A stretch of 63,085 nt of DNA, the filler included, from Craspedostauros australis (lineage: Eukaryota), in the NCBI GenBank assembly GCA_030167865.1. It is 5 parts of 5 records of this genome, joined end to end, with 100 filler letters (N's around TTAATTAATTAA, not from the genome) between each part and the next. Parts side by side here need not be neighbours in the genome. Positions count along the whole stretch, not along the records: positions 1 to 22,826 come from JALAGF010003439.1; positions 22,927 to 38,206 come from JALAGF010003441.1; 3 more parts are not named here. One strand, 5' to 3'. Below, one piece after another: positions 21,786 through 34,861 of the stretch (position 1 is its first letter; every line of letters begins with the position of its first letter). Below the pieces are notes generated by a model that ran no database searches, was not told the origin of the DNA, and saw only the letters and a list, made by a program, of their open reading frames with translations. Position numbers and translations under genes: made by a program.

Positions 21786-22826
21786 ATGGTGGCGATGAAC
21801 GCAACGACACTCTGCGATGACAGCAAGCACGATGATGGGACTTTTGCTTCCCGCACCGTCGACTGTGACAGCTCATTCGACTATTCTTCGTCAACTGACA
21901 GCAATGGACAGCCGAATGTGACAGGCCATCAGCTGCGCTGCTCGTTCACCCTCACTTCACCCAGCTCCTCCAAGGTGCCAGCATCCACGGCGCGCAACAC
22001 GCCCAACACCTTCGACGTCAGCAACGGGGCAAGCAGCCAGCACAGGGGTGGGATGCACTCTCTCCAACTACCAACGAAAACATCGCCCTCCAACCGACAC
22101 GGAATGCCGAACAGCATTCTGAAGGATGGACCGACGCTCGCAACAGAGACCAACCGCATGCGTACAGCCAGAAAGCTGGCGGAATTCTCCCAAAGCTCTC
22201 TCGACTTCTCGCGCATCAGTCTCATCGGACGAGAAAAGGAGAAGCGCGTCCTTGACCGTCTATTCCAGCAGATCCTCAAGAAGCCAACGTCCGCAGCCTC
22301 ACCACCATCTTCATCTTCATCAGACGAAGAGAGGTCAACGGGTCCGAATGACGAGGAAAGCAACGCAATCTATGCGAGCAATGCGACCAACCCAGACAAT
22401 CAAAACGCTCTCGGCCAACATGTGACAGCACAAGCTATCACCGTCCGATCCCTCGTGTCCATCTCCGGATACTCGGGCACTGGAAAATCGGCCCTGGCCA
22501 ATACGCTGCAACCGAAGTGCAAGGCGAGCAACGTCTTCTTCGTGTCCGGAAAGTTCGATCTCAAGCAGATGGATGAGCCGTACTCCGGCTTCCGAACCGC
22601 GATAGCCGATCTCTGCTCACAGATCTGCGCTCTTCCGCGCACCAACTCCGCCGGCGTTATCGTCACCCCCGGCAACTGGCAGAGTGGAGGACAGGATACC
22701 CGAAGCTTCGATGTGATCAGGCAGCGCATCACAGATGGTCTCAACGTCGACGAGCTGCAGGCACTCACCAAGATCATTCCCAACCTCGTCGACGTCGTCG
22801 GCAGTGATGCCCTATGCCACGCGCAC
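21786..22826 (+). CDS. Third COG3899-type STAND/AAA ATPase, N-terminal part; truncated by a linker
   Basis: LIGREKE, Walker A ISGYSGTGKS and FVSGKFD...EPYSG. The frame runs into Ns at 22827. Confidence 0.85.
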
Positions 22827-22926
22827 NNNNNNNNNNNNNNNNNNNNNNNNNNNNNNNNNNNNNNNNNNNNTTAATTAATTAANNNNNNNNNNNNNNNNNN
22901 NNNNNNNNNNNNNNNNNNNNNNNNNN
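22827..22926. other. Artificial contig linker N44-TTAATTAATTAA-N44
   Basis: Exactly 100 nt; the core gives stops in all six frames; an identical unit occurs four times in the window. Confidence 0.97.
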
Positions 22927-25900
22927 TTCTTCAACAACGAAGTCTTCAGATCCGCCATACGCACGGGCTTCTTCAGGCAATCGTTCATGCCAATGTGACC
23001 CCAGTCGATGGATTGGATGCTCGCCGTCAGTCCCACGATCGGCAGATCACGTTCGCTCAATCCCCGTGTCCGGATCTCCTTCGTCGCATCGATGCCATCC
23101 ATCACGGGCATCTGCCAGTCCATCAGCACGATGTCGAACGGAGGTCTCTCCACGCCGCCATTGGCACCACTCGTACCATCGTTGGCGTCGGTGTTGGTGT
23201 TGTTGCCATCGAGCATGGCAATGTCATCCACATCGGTTGTTCCGAATGCCTGGGCGACAGCTTGCTCGCCATTCTCGACGATCGTCACAACATGGCCAAG
23301 TCTCTTGAGCATGTTGCGGATGACCTTCTGGTTGATCTTGTTGTCCTCCGCCACCAGGATTCGCAGCTCGTCTGTCTTGGGTTTCTTCGGAGCTGGAGCT
23401 TGAGTTGGAGCTGAAGGTTGAGGTCGTGCCTGTGGGTCTGCCGGTGGTCGTGACAAAGGTTGTGACAATGCCTGTGGTTGGTCACTCTTCACGATGACAC
23501 TATTGCTCACACCCTTCCTCGTTCCATTCCCATCTTCCCTGTCCCTATCCGTATCCCCACCTTGATCGTCATCACCGTCGTCATCGGTGTATCTTCTTGA
23601 TGCTGATCCTTGTTTCGGGACTTGTATGATCGTATGAGGATGACCAATCTGATCTGCGGATACGACCACATTCCGCACATCATGATCATCATCCAAATGG
23701 ACACCTTGAGATGGATCACGATCCGCACCATCCACATCATCCTGAGCAACAACAGCATCATCGTCACCATCGCCATTATCAATGACGTCGTCATGGATGG
23801 CATCATGGATGGCATCATGGATGACATCATCGAGACCATCCCCGACGACGCTTCCAACTGACATACCTGTTGCGGCACAACGAGTGTTCACATGCCGCTT
23901 GTATGGAATCTCGAACCAGAACGTGGTGCCCTCACCAGGCGCCGAATCCACACCGATCGCTCCTCCCATACCCTTCACCAACGACTTGCAGATCGCCAGT
24001 CCCAGACCTGTGCCACCAAAGTTGCGTGCCACAGATGCATCGGCTTGCTGGTAGGCATTGAAGATGCGTTCGCATTGATCAGGAGTCATTCCGATTCCTG
24101 TGTCGGTGACGCTGAATCGCAGCACGACCTGTTCCCTGTTGGTTTGTGGCATGGCCTTGACTCCGTTCTTGCTCTTCTTCTTGCCTGTCTTGGTGTTGTT
24201 CTTGGTATTCTTGGTGTTCTTGCTAGTCTTTGACTTCCTTGCCATTTGTGACTGAGATCGTGAGTGGGATGATGCGCTTTGTGTCCCACGGTTCTTCCTT
24301 CTCGATCTGGATCCAGATGGGGAACCAGATAGGGATCGACGGGGCGATCGTCTTCCTTTCTCACCATCGAGCGTCAATGATGCTTCGGCCGCACCTCCAT
24401 TGTCATCATTGGTTGTGGCATTGGCCTTGTCATCTACTGCACTTCCAGCCGTACCGCCGGCTGCACCAATGACCACACTGTTGTTTCCAGACATGGCATT
24501 GGCAACGGCAGCAGCAGTTGTGCTGTGGGCGGAGTTATCGTTCATGGCATCCCCATTCTTCGCCTCTGTGTTAACATGTGCATTCACATCTGTCATCACA
24601 TGAATCAGCCTCACGGACGTTGTCACACTCCCATTGCTCGTAAACTTGATGGCATTCGTCAACATGTTCAGCACGATCTGACGAAGACGGTTAGGATCAC
24701 CGAGCAGCTTCACTGGAATGCCACGTCCGATGTCACACTTCAGCTCGAGTCCTCTGTCTTCTGCCTGTGGAAGTACAGCGGCCACCGATCCATCGAGAAC
24801 ATTCCTCACCTCGAATGGGATCGTCTCGAGCTTCATCTTTCCGGCTTCGAGCTTTGTGAAGTCGAGCAGATCGTTGATGATGGCCATGAGTGCATTGGTG
24901 CTTGATTGCAGCATGGTGACGAAGTCTGTCTGTTCGATGTTGAGGGGTGTCGAGGCGAGAAGCTCGATGAATCCCACGACTTGGTGGAGTGGTGTGCGGA
25001 TCTCGTGTGCCATGACGGCGACTGTGTTGTATGACATTGTGTTGTATGACATTGTATTGTATTGTGTTTGCATTATGTTTGTGTCGTGTTGTATGGTGTA
25101 TGTAACGATGTGATGGAGATGGGAAATGGTGAGGAGTGAGTATGATGAAGCAGTGAGTATGGTGCTGTATGAGAATGTGTACATACAGACATGCACACAT
25201 GCACCAATACGCCAATACATCAATACCAACACCAGTATACATACACACACCAATGCAACAACGACGATGACAATGACAACAAACACGGCACAGCACGAAT
25301 GCAGCTACTCGTACACAGGGTACCATCCTCGCACTTGTCACATGACTCACAGAACTCGCTCTTCCTCATGTTCTGTCGATCTGCCTCATCCTTCGCAGCT
25401 TGCATGATGTCGGAGATGTCTCTGGCGCTGTAGATCATGACGGACTGTGATGTGACGGGATCCTTGACCTGTCTGATCTTGATGCTGAACCATTTGATGC
25501 CTTCGATGGTTTGAAGTTGTGCCTCTGAGCTGACATCGTGCTGTCCTTTTGAGTCGACCACTTCTTGCAGTATTTGCTGTCCCTTGTCGTGGTCGATGAA
25601 CTGAGCGACGAAGTCACACGGCTTCTCTTCTTTTTCTTCGTCCTCCTCCTCAGAGCTTTCGTCAATATCGCAGTAGTAGTCTTCATCTCCATCTTCGCTG
25701 GCAATGCCATCCGAGCGATCATTCGCGCCTGGGCCGTCAGGACCGTTGTTTTGGATCGTGTCTCCATGAACCTCGATGGCTGCGGTGCGGCAGCCGTGGC
25801 CACTGCTGCCATTCATGATGCGAGTGGCGTCTGATGTTTTGGGAATCCTGTGCGTTGGTGTATCGACAGTGTGTTCGACCGAACCGTCGTCCTGATCTTC

Positions 25901-28343
25901 TCTTCGCTTCAGTTCTGAACAGCTCAATTGTTGTGATGTCTGCTTCTGATCATCATGGGACCGATGCTGTTGACTTCCATTGTTGATATCGCCGACGCTT
26001 GTGTCGCAGCTTCTGTCGCTTTCATTTGAAGAGCACGCCGACGAGCAGGAACATGAAAATGATGAGAGGGAGGAGCACTTTGATGATTCAACAGCGGATA
26101 ACTCGTTCGATGAACTCAGCTGCGCATCGTCGCATCTGCGACCGTCGGAGCCGCGTGGCGCCTGCTCTGCCGATTGCGTGTCTTGCTGTGTGGGGACTTG
26201 TTGCAGGGTCTGGCTATCCTGCTTTCCCCTCTGCTGTTGCATTTCACTCGGGACGCTCTCACATAGCGCTTCTGATGGCCGCGTGCTGCATGTTGACACT
26301 TTCTTGAGCGGACAATTCAGCGAGTTCGTCGCAGTGTCGATCTTGGCGTCCTTCGGTAGTTGATCCTGTTGGTGTTGCTGCCGTTGCTTTCGTTTTTTGA
26401 GTTCCCGCCTCCTCTTCCTATGTTTTCGGATGTGCTCCCGGTGCTTTCTCTGAGCTGATGGATCGCCGGCGTGATCATAGTTGGAATGCTCTATCTCGTC
26501 GTCCCTTCGTAGAGATTTGTGAAGTTTGCTTCGTCCCGATGCTTTCGACCGTGTCGAGGTAAGTGATCCATGCATGGGCTCACTTCCTTCTGCCATTTCA
26601 TGCTGTGTCTCCTTGCCGCGAATGCTACCTCTCTTGCTCCTGCTCTTGCTCTGCCTGCTGCCGCCAGCATCGGTTTTCGTGTCATGCTCGCTGCTATCTT
26701 CTGTGGTAGGAGTGCCGGCATTTTCATCGCCGTTGCCATCGTCGGTCGGAGAGTCATCATGGTTTGCGTCGGTATCATTGGCATCGCGAGCACGGTTGTT
26801 CTCCAGATCGTCCTGGCTTGTTTCGCTGTCTGGATTATGCTCTGTCGGCTCACCGAAGAGCGCAAATGCCTCCTGATTTTGATCCATGAATCTTCCAGTC
26901 ATGTCGAATCTCCTTGCCACGACGGGAAGATGGCGCAGCGTTTCCATTCGGCGGATCGACTCCGCGGCCTCGTCCTCGATCTTTGCTTTGCTCTTTCGCT
27001 GCGGAGGCTGCGCTTCGTCGGGCTGCGGTTTCGCGGCGATCGCGCCTGTGCCATTCTCTTGCGGCTGATCGTCTGAGGGATCTATGTCTGCTCCATGGTT
27101 GCCAGGTTTGGATCGATCCGCATCCGCGTGGTTGTTGGTACTGCTGCCTTTGTGATCATTCCCAGCAGAAACTTTCGCGTTGGTGTCACCATCGCTCCCG
27201 CTATACACGACGATTGCTTTGGCGGCTTCCGCCGCTTCCGACCCAGCGGCCTTGGTTTCCTTGACTGACTCCACAACCACCAACAGACAAAGATGCGGGT
27301 CAGTTTCATCGTCGGGGTGAGGGATATAGATTCCAGTGATATTGATTGAACAGTATCTCGCACCCGGATTGTCTCCATGCGTTGGTTGATAGGTCCACTG
27401 GGAATTACGCAATGTATGAAGAACAACAAAATAGAATATAATGGATGAGAACAACAGGGACGAGCATGAATGGTCGAATGGAGTTGATGAGGACGGCATT
27501 GGTATTACGTGGAGACGCAAGCGACGGTACGTGCGCGGAGGCTTCGTTCAATGAGACCATCGCGATGGATTGTATTCAAGACAGTACGAGTATGGTGCAC
27601 AGAGACTGGTGACTTACCGTGAGGTTGTCCTGCGCGGTGGGGTGCTTGGAGAATCGATCCAGCCAGGCGATGTTGGAACGGTTGGTCGTCTCGGACATAT
27701 CGCTGGCGTAGTCTCGCGACATGAGCTCCTCCATGTGCTTGGCACTCCAGAACTTGCAGGCCGCCTGATTGCCGAACCTCATGCACTTGTACTTGCCATC
27801 AAAGATCCAGACTGGCGCGTTGAGCAGATTGAGGACCTTGAGATCCGCCATGGAGTAGACGTGCTTGCGACATGTCGTGAGGAACTGCGTCTTGCTGAAT
27901 CTATGACCCGGCGCAGCCTCGTTCATGAGCAAGTATGGCTGCTGCTGCTGCTTTCTCCTCATGCTCAACCTGGATTTCGTCTTGTTGGGTGACTTTGTCG
28001 GTGACTTTGTCGGCGAAGATGGTGTCTGGCTACTCGTAAGAGCAACCCTTTTCGTAGTCCGCGGAGTCGATGGGCGACGGTGTTGCGCCTGAGACTGCCC
28101 CTTTGCCTGGTGTCGAAGTGGGCTTTCGGCTCTTGGGGAATGCTGATGATCATCGTGCGGGCGACCGCGGCGACTGCGATGATGATGCTGTCCCCTGCGG
28201 CCAACATTGTCCTTATCGCAACTGTGGTCGTCAACGCTGCGAATAACCACGTCCAGCGGCCGGTTCGAGCTGCCGCCCTGCCCGTTTCGGCCACTCCCGT
28301 TGCTATCGCTGCAATTGCCGTCAAACGCCTGATCCGTCGACAT
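22927..28343 (-). CDS. Hybrid sensor histidine kinase PAS-PAS-HisKA-HATPase_c-REC; exons 28343-27618, 27397-25351, 25021-<22927 (3' end in linker)
   Basis: Intron 1 (GTAAGT...CAG, 27617-27398) gives QDNLT|WTYQP. Intron 2 (GTGAGT...CAG, 25350-25022) gives KSEF-F-AVMAHEIRTPL (H-box). N-box LNMLTNAIKFT, G1 VTDTGIGM, G2 GGTGLGLAI. REC motifs ILVAEDN, VLMDWQMPVMDG, LTA, KP. Confidence 0.9.
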
Positions 28344-31165
28344 GCTTGGGCTTCAGCGGCCTTGCTTGAGTGGCATACGACTACGTTTACGCGTGTGCAT
28401 TCACCCAGTCGCAACGCCTGCTAGTCCACTTGTCTTTGTAGAATACTATACTTCTGCCTTCCTTTCTTTCTGTGCTCTGCGCCATCGATTGTTGTTGGAA
28501 TGCAATTCAGTACTGCGCCTGGTACGACTATGCAGCGATGGTCTGAATACGCATTGAGTATTCGTACTCGTACAATGCATGCGAATGCGCAGATCCGTGT
28601 GCCCTGGAAGAGGAAGCCTCGCTTTCGATTCTGGTCGCGACGATCGTAGTGCCACTCGTGCTTGGTATGGTGCAGGAGTAGACCGTAGATTGTGCGCGTA
28701 GCTCATGGTGTGGCTAACGCGTGGCGGGGATGGTGAAGGTTCCTTTCCCATGACAACTTGCACAGTGGAAGAAACAGGACAATGACTGCCCATGCCCGCC
28801 AATGTCCTCTGTCGGAAAGGATCAAGAACACGAAGATGAGAACCGATCAGTGCAATGCACGATTGTGCCTGAGCGAAGCCAATGGGATGTACTCTACGTA
28901 CGAGAATTTATGTACGATGCATGGTGAACACAGTCATGACAGATGGATGCGCATTTGGCTCTTCTCTGTTGCGCGCGCTTTCGTCTCCTTTGTGCAGTAT
29001 GATGAGGCCACGTGCTGAGGATTTGGTGGTGTGACACCAAATTCCATTCCACCGGCCATCTGTCCTGTTCATTTCGAATCTTGCTCCGCGTATCTTCTGT
29101 TGTCGATCGATGGATTCATTCCTTGAAGATGGGAATGACACGTGCTGTTACACCATCCATACATAGTAGAATAGTACTCCCGAGGGGTCAAGACTCAAAG
29201 CTCGAACGAGCGTTTGATTGACGGCTGTTCTGGGGAGTGTCTCTCGTCTCTTGGTGAACGACCATCGCGTCTTGATCCCTCAGCCATGAGCAACTCAACA
29301 CGTTTCGATGCGTTGTGGATCCACAACCAAGCTCCGCCATGCAACAGCACATCAGCAACTCATCGACAACCGATCAACAACCGAGACCACGCGGTCGTAC
29401 CAAATACGCTTTGCCATCTCTGGAATCGCCCCAGTTTCGGCCACTCTGTGTGAATTCGCAGACTGCCATCATTCTCTGTTCGGCACCAGAATGCGTTGGT
29501 GCCGCATCGTGATCACGATTCTTCGTTCTGTCGGAGGCTTCGCTCATCATGCGCAAAATCGCGCGGCGACTGACTGGGTGGTTCTTAGGCGGATGGAATG
29601 CCGCTGCGATCCTGGTTGTGTCTATTCCAATTGACGCTCTCTCGTTCACAACAGGAACAAATACGGGTGTCGTGACAACAAATTAACAAAACCCCATTCC
29701 TGTGTTGGCGGACTGCACGAGCCATCGTGTTGGACGCACTACCGTTAAACTGATCGTTTTTGTTTTTGTCATTTGGATGCAACGAATGGGATCTTTGGCA
29801 CGGAACAGTTTGGTGGTTGTTGCTTGATGCAGACGCTTGGCGAAGTGGCTGCCACCGCCACAAGTTCCTCCACATCATCGCCTCGAATCGAATTCATCAA
29901 CCACTTTGCCGTGGCTGCATGGATGGACGCGGAGCGGGTGCAGTTGCGGGACACAGGAAGTGGACAGATAGTCGTACGCGTGGAGGAAGGGACAGCTGAC
30001 GTTTGTGGTATGTGTGGTACATTGGACGTGGCGCACTGTTGCTCTGCACGACGTTCGCTTTTTCGTCGCAGGAGAGGCAGATCAGCGTGTGAACATCAGA
30101 ATCAAACATCGGAGCACTTTTGGCGATTGATGCAGGAGGGAGGACTGGAACGAAGTAAAAGTCCCACCGCATGTGAACTTCCTGCTCGTGGGCATTGCAT
30201 CGTCGCGTTTATCCAAGCATGCACCAAAGCGACTCAATGCTTCCTCGCCCTTGTCGTGGGATACGACTACAAATTCTGCGACCTATGCTCACATTCCGGC
30301 CAATCCCCTGAGGAGACAAGCACGAACCTCCTTCGTCCAAGTCCTCTTCGCCTCCCTACCCTTATTGTTCTGCGCCGGAAGCATGCTCTGTCGGCCATTG
30401 GCTCGTCCTGGTGCATCGCGAGCAAAGGCCGCAGATACTGAAAGCGCACCACACCTCCTGGCCTGGGTCCTTCTGGCGTGTCCGAGATTGTCGCAAGATT
30501 GTTTGGCGCGCGTTTGAGCTTTCCTGGGTGCAGATCGCCTAACCGATTCGATACCACCAACACCATGGTCGCCATGAACACGCGAGAGAACGAGAATGGC
30601 GCCTTTCGGGCACACAGGCAACGACCAACAGCGTGCTCATGTCAGCGGTGTCCCGTTTCGGGGGTTATGGTTCGGAGAGCGCTGCACGCAAATCGAGTAC
30701 TAAAGCAGTCGTACTGTTGTTGCATGGTACGGGTAGAGTACGCCAATCGTTTCGACCAGCGTGATCATGTGGTGTGCAAGTGGTAGTGGGAGTGCTTCTG
30801 TCGCCGCCGTCGCCGACGCTACTTGTGTTGGTGCTGGTGGTAACGGCGGTGACATTGGTGCAGATACCGTGGCAGACAACGTATGCGGTGATAGGATTAC
30901 ACAATATGTATTAGAATACTATTATACCATATTCTATGATATATTATGTATTGTAAATGAAGGTGCTATTATAGACGCACTACGAAACACTCGTAGCTTG
31001 TGTGTGAATTGATGCAGAGCAGAGCTTCATGAAATGCGTTACCACACGATGAGCAGTATATCTCGTAGCAATGTAAGCGCATCAGCTATCGTGCAATCGT
31101 ATTCTGGAGAGAGAGAGAGATTGTTGCTGGATGCTGCGCCTCTCCTCATTCGTGAATTTCAATTG

Positions 31166-31828
31166 TCAGTAGCGATGGGCATGCGATCCGGCGTGCTTGT
31201 ACACTGGGTGCGAGACGCGTCTTTTGCCGTTGTCAATGCGATGCAATGTTTCCAGGAGCTGTGATTGGTCCTTCATAGCACCCAGGAGTTGTTCTTCGAG
31301 GGATGGAGCACTTCGCCTGCGAGACTGTGTGTATCTGCGATGTGTGATGATGCCCATGCCGAGGACGGGCACTGCCTCTCTCCGTCCACCGTTACCACTG
31401 CCACTGCGGCCGGCAGGGCTGCGCATTACCGACTGTCTCGTGTGATCCATCCGGTTCATCGCTGCCAGGAAGGATCCGCCCTCGTGCTTGTGCTCGGCGC
31501 TTGTGCCAGTGCCCTGCCTGTACATCCTGGAGATGGATCTGTTGGCATGGCGGACAGCAGCGTCCACCTGGATTTGAAGGCCGATGAGATCATCATGCTG
31601 TTCGTTTTGTCTGGACGAAGCACTGTCACGATGACAGTGGGGAGAGGACCTAGCGGCAGGCTTTGACTGCAGTAAATGCTGTCGTCGTAGCTGCGATGAT
31701 GGTGACGGTATAGTTTGTGGTGAAGGCATGGGAACGTCTACGATCAGCTTGCCAATGTGTGGGCTCCCGCAGTACCTGGCGGGCATCTTGTTCGTTGGCT
31801 TGTTTGGTGATGATGCAGGATGAGCCAT
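31166..31828 (-). CDS. Possible small hypothetical protein (220 aa)
   Basis: The ATG is in an ACA-ATG-G context after a CA-rich leader, there is a short coiled-coil-like segment, and an AT-rich patch lies ~200 bp downstream. No domain recognised. Confidence 0.4.
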   Translation of the reverse strand: MAHPASSPNKPTNKMPARYCGSPHIGKLIVDVPMPSPQTIPSPSSQLRRQHLLQSKPAARSSPHCHRDSASSRQNEQHDDLIGLQIQVDAAVRHANRSISRMYRQGTGTSAEHKHEGGSFLAAMNRMDHTRQSVMRSPAGRSGSGNGGRREAVPVLGMGIITHRRYTQSRRRSAPSLEEQLLGAMKDQSQLLETLHRIDNGKRRVSHPVYKHAGSHAHRY

Positions 31829-33506
31829 TGTGTTGCTTGTACTTGTGGAGTATGATGTGTATGTTGGAGGAGGGCGGTTCTATTGTCGAGGGTGCGGACA
31901 AGTACGAGGATGGTTGTGTGGTTGTGGTTGCGGATTCGGATGTCGGTGTTGGTGCGATGGAGAATGATCAAAGCTGTGCAGCACGTACTGTGTTACATGT
32001 ATGTGCTGGAATGCGCTCGTGCTGTGATAGTGTAATAGTGTGTTGGTGTGATGAGATCAGAGCTTCGCTATTCACTGATCGTGGGTTGCCAAGCGCTGAA
32101 GGGTTGATAGGTTTTGGAATTGTGAGCAGGAGAGACTCCGTGCTCATCACACCCTCACCTGGCACTGCTGCATCGCGATGTCTAACGATTCGCAACAGTT
32201 TGATCGCGCTGGAGTGGGGTGATGTTGGGTATTGAACTTATGCATCATGAGAATCATGTAGAATAATTGGCAATTGTTTCTGGTGGTCTCCGACGGTCTC
32301 TGATGTGGATGTTATCCTTCGTGCTCTCGAGGAGGCGTTCTTCCTCTCTCTGCTCGTGACACGCCAGTAGGCTGGCCGGGCCTCATTGGTCGGTGCCTGG
32401 ATGGGTGGAAAGGTCTCGCACTCGTCATCCATCAACCAAGGTTGGATTCTCATTCGCCGCCTTTCTCAGTTGGAAACCGCGATAACAGATTCTTCCACGA
32501 GCAGCCTCATGTTGCATGGCCTTGCCATGGATGTCGATGGTGCTTAGAGTAAGTGTACTCTGGAGTATGAAAGTGGATTCCAGCGCATCAAGTGTCTGGC
32601 CATAAGTCAAGCGACTGGCATCGCTTGGGGCCATCGACGACTTGGTGGAAGACATTTGTGTTACTCGTACGTGGTATTTGTCTGTTCTCCCCCCATCTGG
32701 CACGAAACGGCGCTGATCTCACTCAACTGCGAAAACCGAATCGGCGGCGTTGCAGAAATCTTCCACGTTTTCTCTGTGGGGAGACGAACAACGACAAACT
32801 TGTGAGCGGTTTCAGAAAACAATGTTTACACAGGGAGGTTGGCCCAGCGAGGGAGGGTCGCCTTCACCAAGGAGGGGCACCACTCCACAGCATCGCGTTT
32901 CGGTGCTTTCGCCCAAGGGGAGAGGCGACCATTCCGTTCTGTGGGCTGCGAATCTCTGCGATGAGGCAATTTTCGCACCAAGCAACACGCCTCGTGGCGG
33001 CGTCATGACTGGTCGTCTCATCACCACGCCTGTTGCTTGACATGTTCAGCCTAATTGTAGATCGTGGGTGCTCCGTACTCGTGCGAACAGATTTCGATTC
33101 AAAGCGTTGTGTGAAATGGACACCCACGCCGCACCTCATCATCGCAGGAGTTTGCCAAGGCAAACTAAGACAATCGACACCTCATGGATGCCGTACGTGG
33201 AGGGTGGTGCATCACGCATCAACTAGTACAGTACACTCTATGAGTATTGACATTGTCAAAGCTTGCCAAGTTCGCGAACATATCGGTCATCTACGTATCA
33301 TGCTCGAATAGGAGGAGCAATTAGTTCGCAAAGTGCGTCGCTTTGCATGTGGAGCATCGGCATACTGGTGGTATCGCATTGATACTCCACCTGGCTTGTA
33401 GACCACGCATTCCAGCTTCGCACGCCAGGCTTGTTTCGGTGTGGACATTGCGTTTTCTGCATGATTCATCCTGGAGAGTACGAGTAAGAGAGTAGAGCAG
33501 TTTGTG

Positions 33507-33534
<28 letters not shown>
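33507..33534. repeat. (GA)14 microsatellite
   Basis: Seen directly in the sequence. Confidence 0.95.
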
Positions 33535-33537
<3 letters not shown>

Positions 33538-34213
33538 TGCAAATGTGGAGTATCCGCATACTTACGCATACACAGTAGAACCGCAGACTTTGACATTCGT
33601 AGAATGTTTGCGCACGTGGGTGAGGAGGTGTTTCGGCGGAGAGTTCGTAAGGCACGCAAGTTTGCAATCTCTCCACCCTGTACTCGACATGGTTTCTATG
33701 GAGCGCAGCAACACAAGATGGAACGGCATACGATCGTTGCTGCGCAGGGGATGCACGGGTATTATGCGTGTCTTCGATGAACAGCATGTGGCATGCTGGT
33801 GTCCTGTCCATCTTCTGTGCCCTACATTATTCTATAATGTTGTTCTATTATAGAATATATAATAGAATAGAATAGAATATGTAATATTTCATTACACAAC
33901 ATGATATGCACGAGTGTGTGAGTGCATCGCAACTGCTGCTGCATTCATTGCTTCACATCAATTCTCTTTGTGGTACCCAAGTTAGAATAGTTATTTGCAT
34001 GTTGGGTTCTGTTGGTTGCTGCCTCGTCACGACGAGCCGACATCGCTTCTTCGGCAACCTCGAATCAGCCCATCGGCACTGACATTCGACAACGTCGATC
34101 GTGGTTGCTCTCGCTCGATTCCAACCAAGAGCAAGCGACTGCATCAACTGATTTTTGCCGCCAACTAGATACATGTGGCCACTCTCGCTGCGTTGACGCA
34201 ATCTACCTGCTTC

Positions 34214-34861
34214 TTAGCAGCCATCAACCGCAATCTCTGGTGTATCGTCGGCGATGACAGAGAGCGCGTTGTCGATGATTCCGATAAGGCACGCGCTGGA
34301 ACCGCATCGCTGGCGCTGCCGTTGTCGCCGTCTTTGCTGCTGCTGCTGCTGCTGCTGTTGGAGGTGTCGGTATTGCCGACTATTTCGCCGCTGCCCATGC
34401 CTCAATCTCGACCGTATCTCCGTCATGGTCCCTCGATTCCGCGCGCTCCAGTTGCGAGCATGGAATCGTTCGTCTCTCGGCAATCGCAAAGCGGAAAACG
34501 CGTTTGATTGGCGGAGTTGCTGGGGATGACGGCCCACGCGAGATTCATCGTTGTCCGGATAAGACGAGTCGTCGGGAAGCCCGGCTCGAGCACGGTGACC
34601 AACCTGATATGGCTGGAGGTTGAGGATATATCGGTGCAGTGAATCTCTCATCAAGTTGCCTTGGAAGGTTCCTGCTCGGTCGGCACTGGGTGATCCATTC
34701 ACGATGCGGATACCTTCATCCCGCGAACGGTGTACGTTGATGGATGATGCTTCGAGCGGCGGCGATAAATCGGATGTCCTCTGCGCATGACTCTGCTGAA
34801 CCTGCATCGCAGAGGATGCAGATGTGAATGTGAAGCAGTCGTTGTTGTTGTTCCCAATCAT
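34214..34861 (-). CDS. Possible small hypothetical protein (~215 aa) with polyQ and an amphipathic C-terminal helix (LIGIIDNALSVI)
   Basis: ATG at 34861 follows an (AAC)n leader, the frame is open, and an AT-rich patch lies downstream at ~33822-33895. No domain recognised. Confidence 0.45.
   Translation of the reverse strand: MIGNNNNDCFTFTSASSAMQVQQSHAQRTSDLSPPLEASSINVHRSRDEGIRIVNGSPSADRAGTFQGNLMRDSLHRYILNLQPYQVGHRARAGLPDDSSYPDNDESRVGRHPQQLRQSNAFSALRLPRDERFHARNWSARNRGTMTEIRSRLRHGQRRNSRQYRHLQQQQQQQQQRRRQRQRQRCGSSACLIGIIDNALSVIADDTPEIAVDGC

Noticed and set aside
22871..22882. TTAATTAATTAA repeated four times (22871, 38251, 54018, 60160) as a biological repeat or insertion site
   Set aside because: It is always centred in exactly 44+44 Ns, so it is a synthetic six-frame-stop linker.
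25022..25350. Hydrophobic N-terminus (MFVVIVIVVVALVCV...) of ORF 22875..25286 as a TM anchor of the kinase
   Set aside because: It lies inside intron 2. Splicing restores the canonical KSEFFAVMAHEIRTPL H-box.
29773..30441. 222-aa ORF
   Set aside because: No domain, Cys/Arg-rich composition typical of non-coding frames, and no supporting context.
33822..33895. AT-rich patch as a diatom centromere
   Set aside because: Only ~70 bp, far shorter than the extended low-GC regions described for diatom centromeres.
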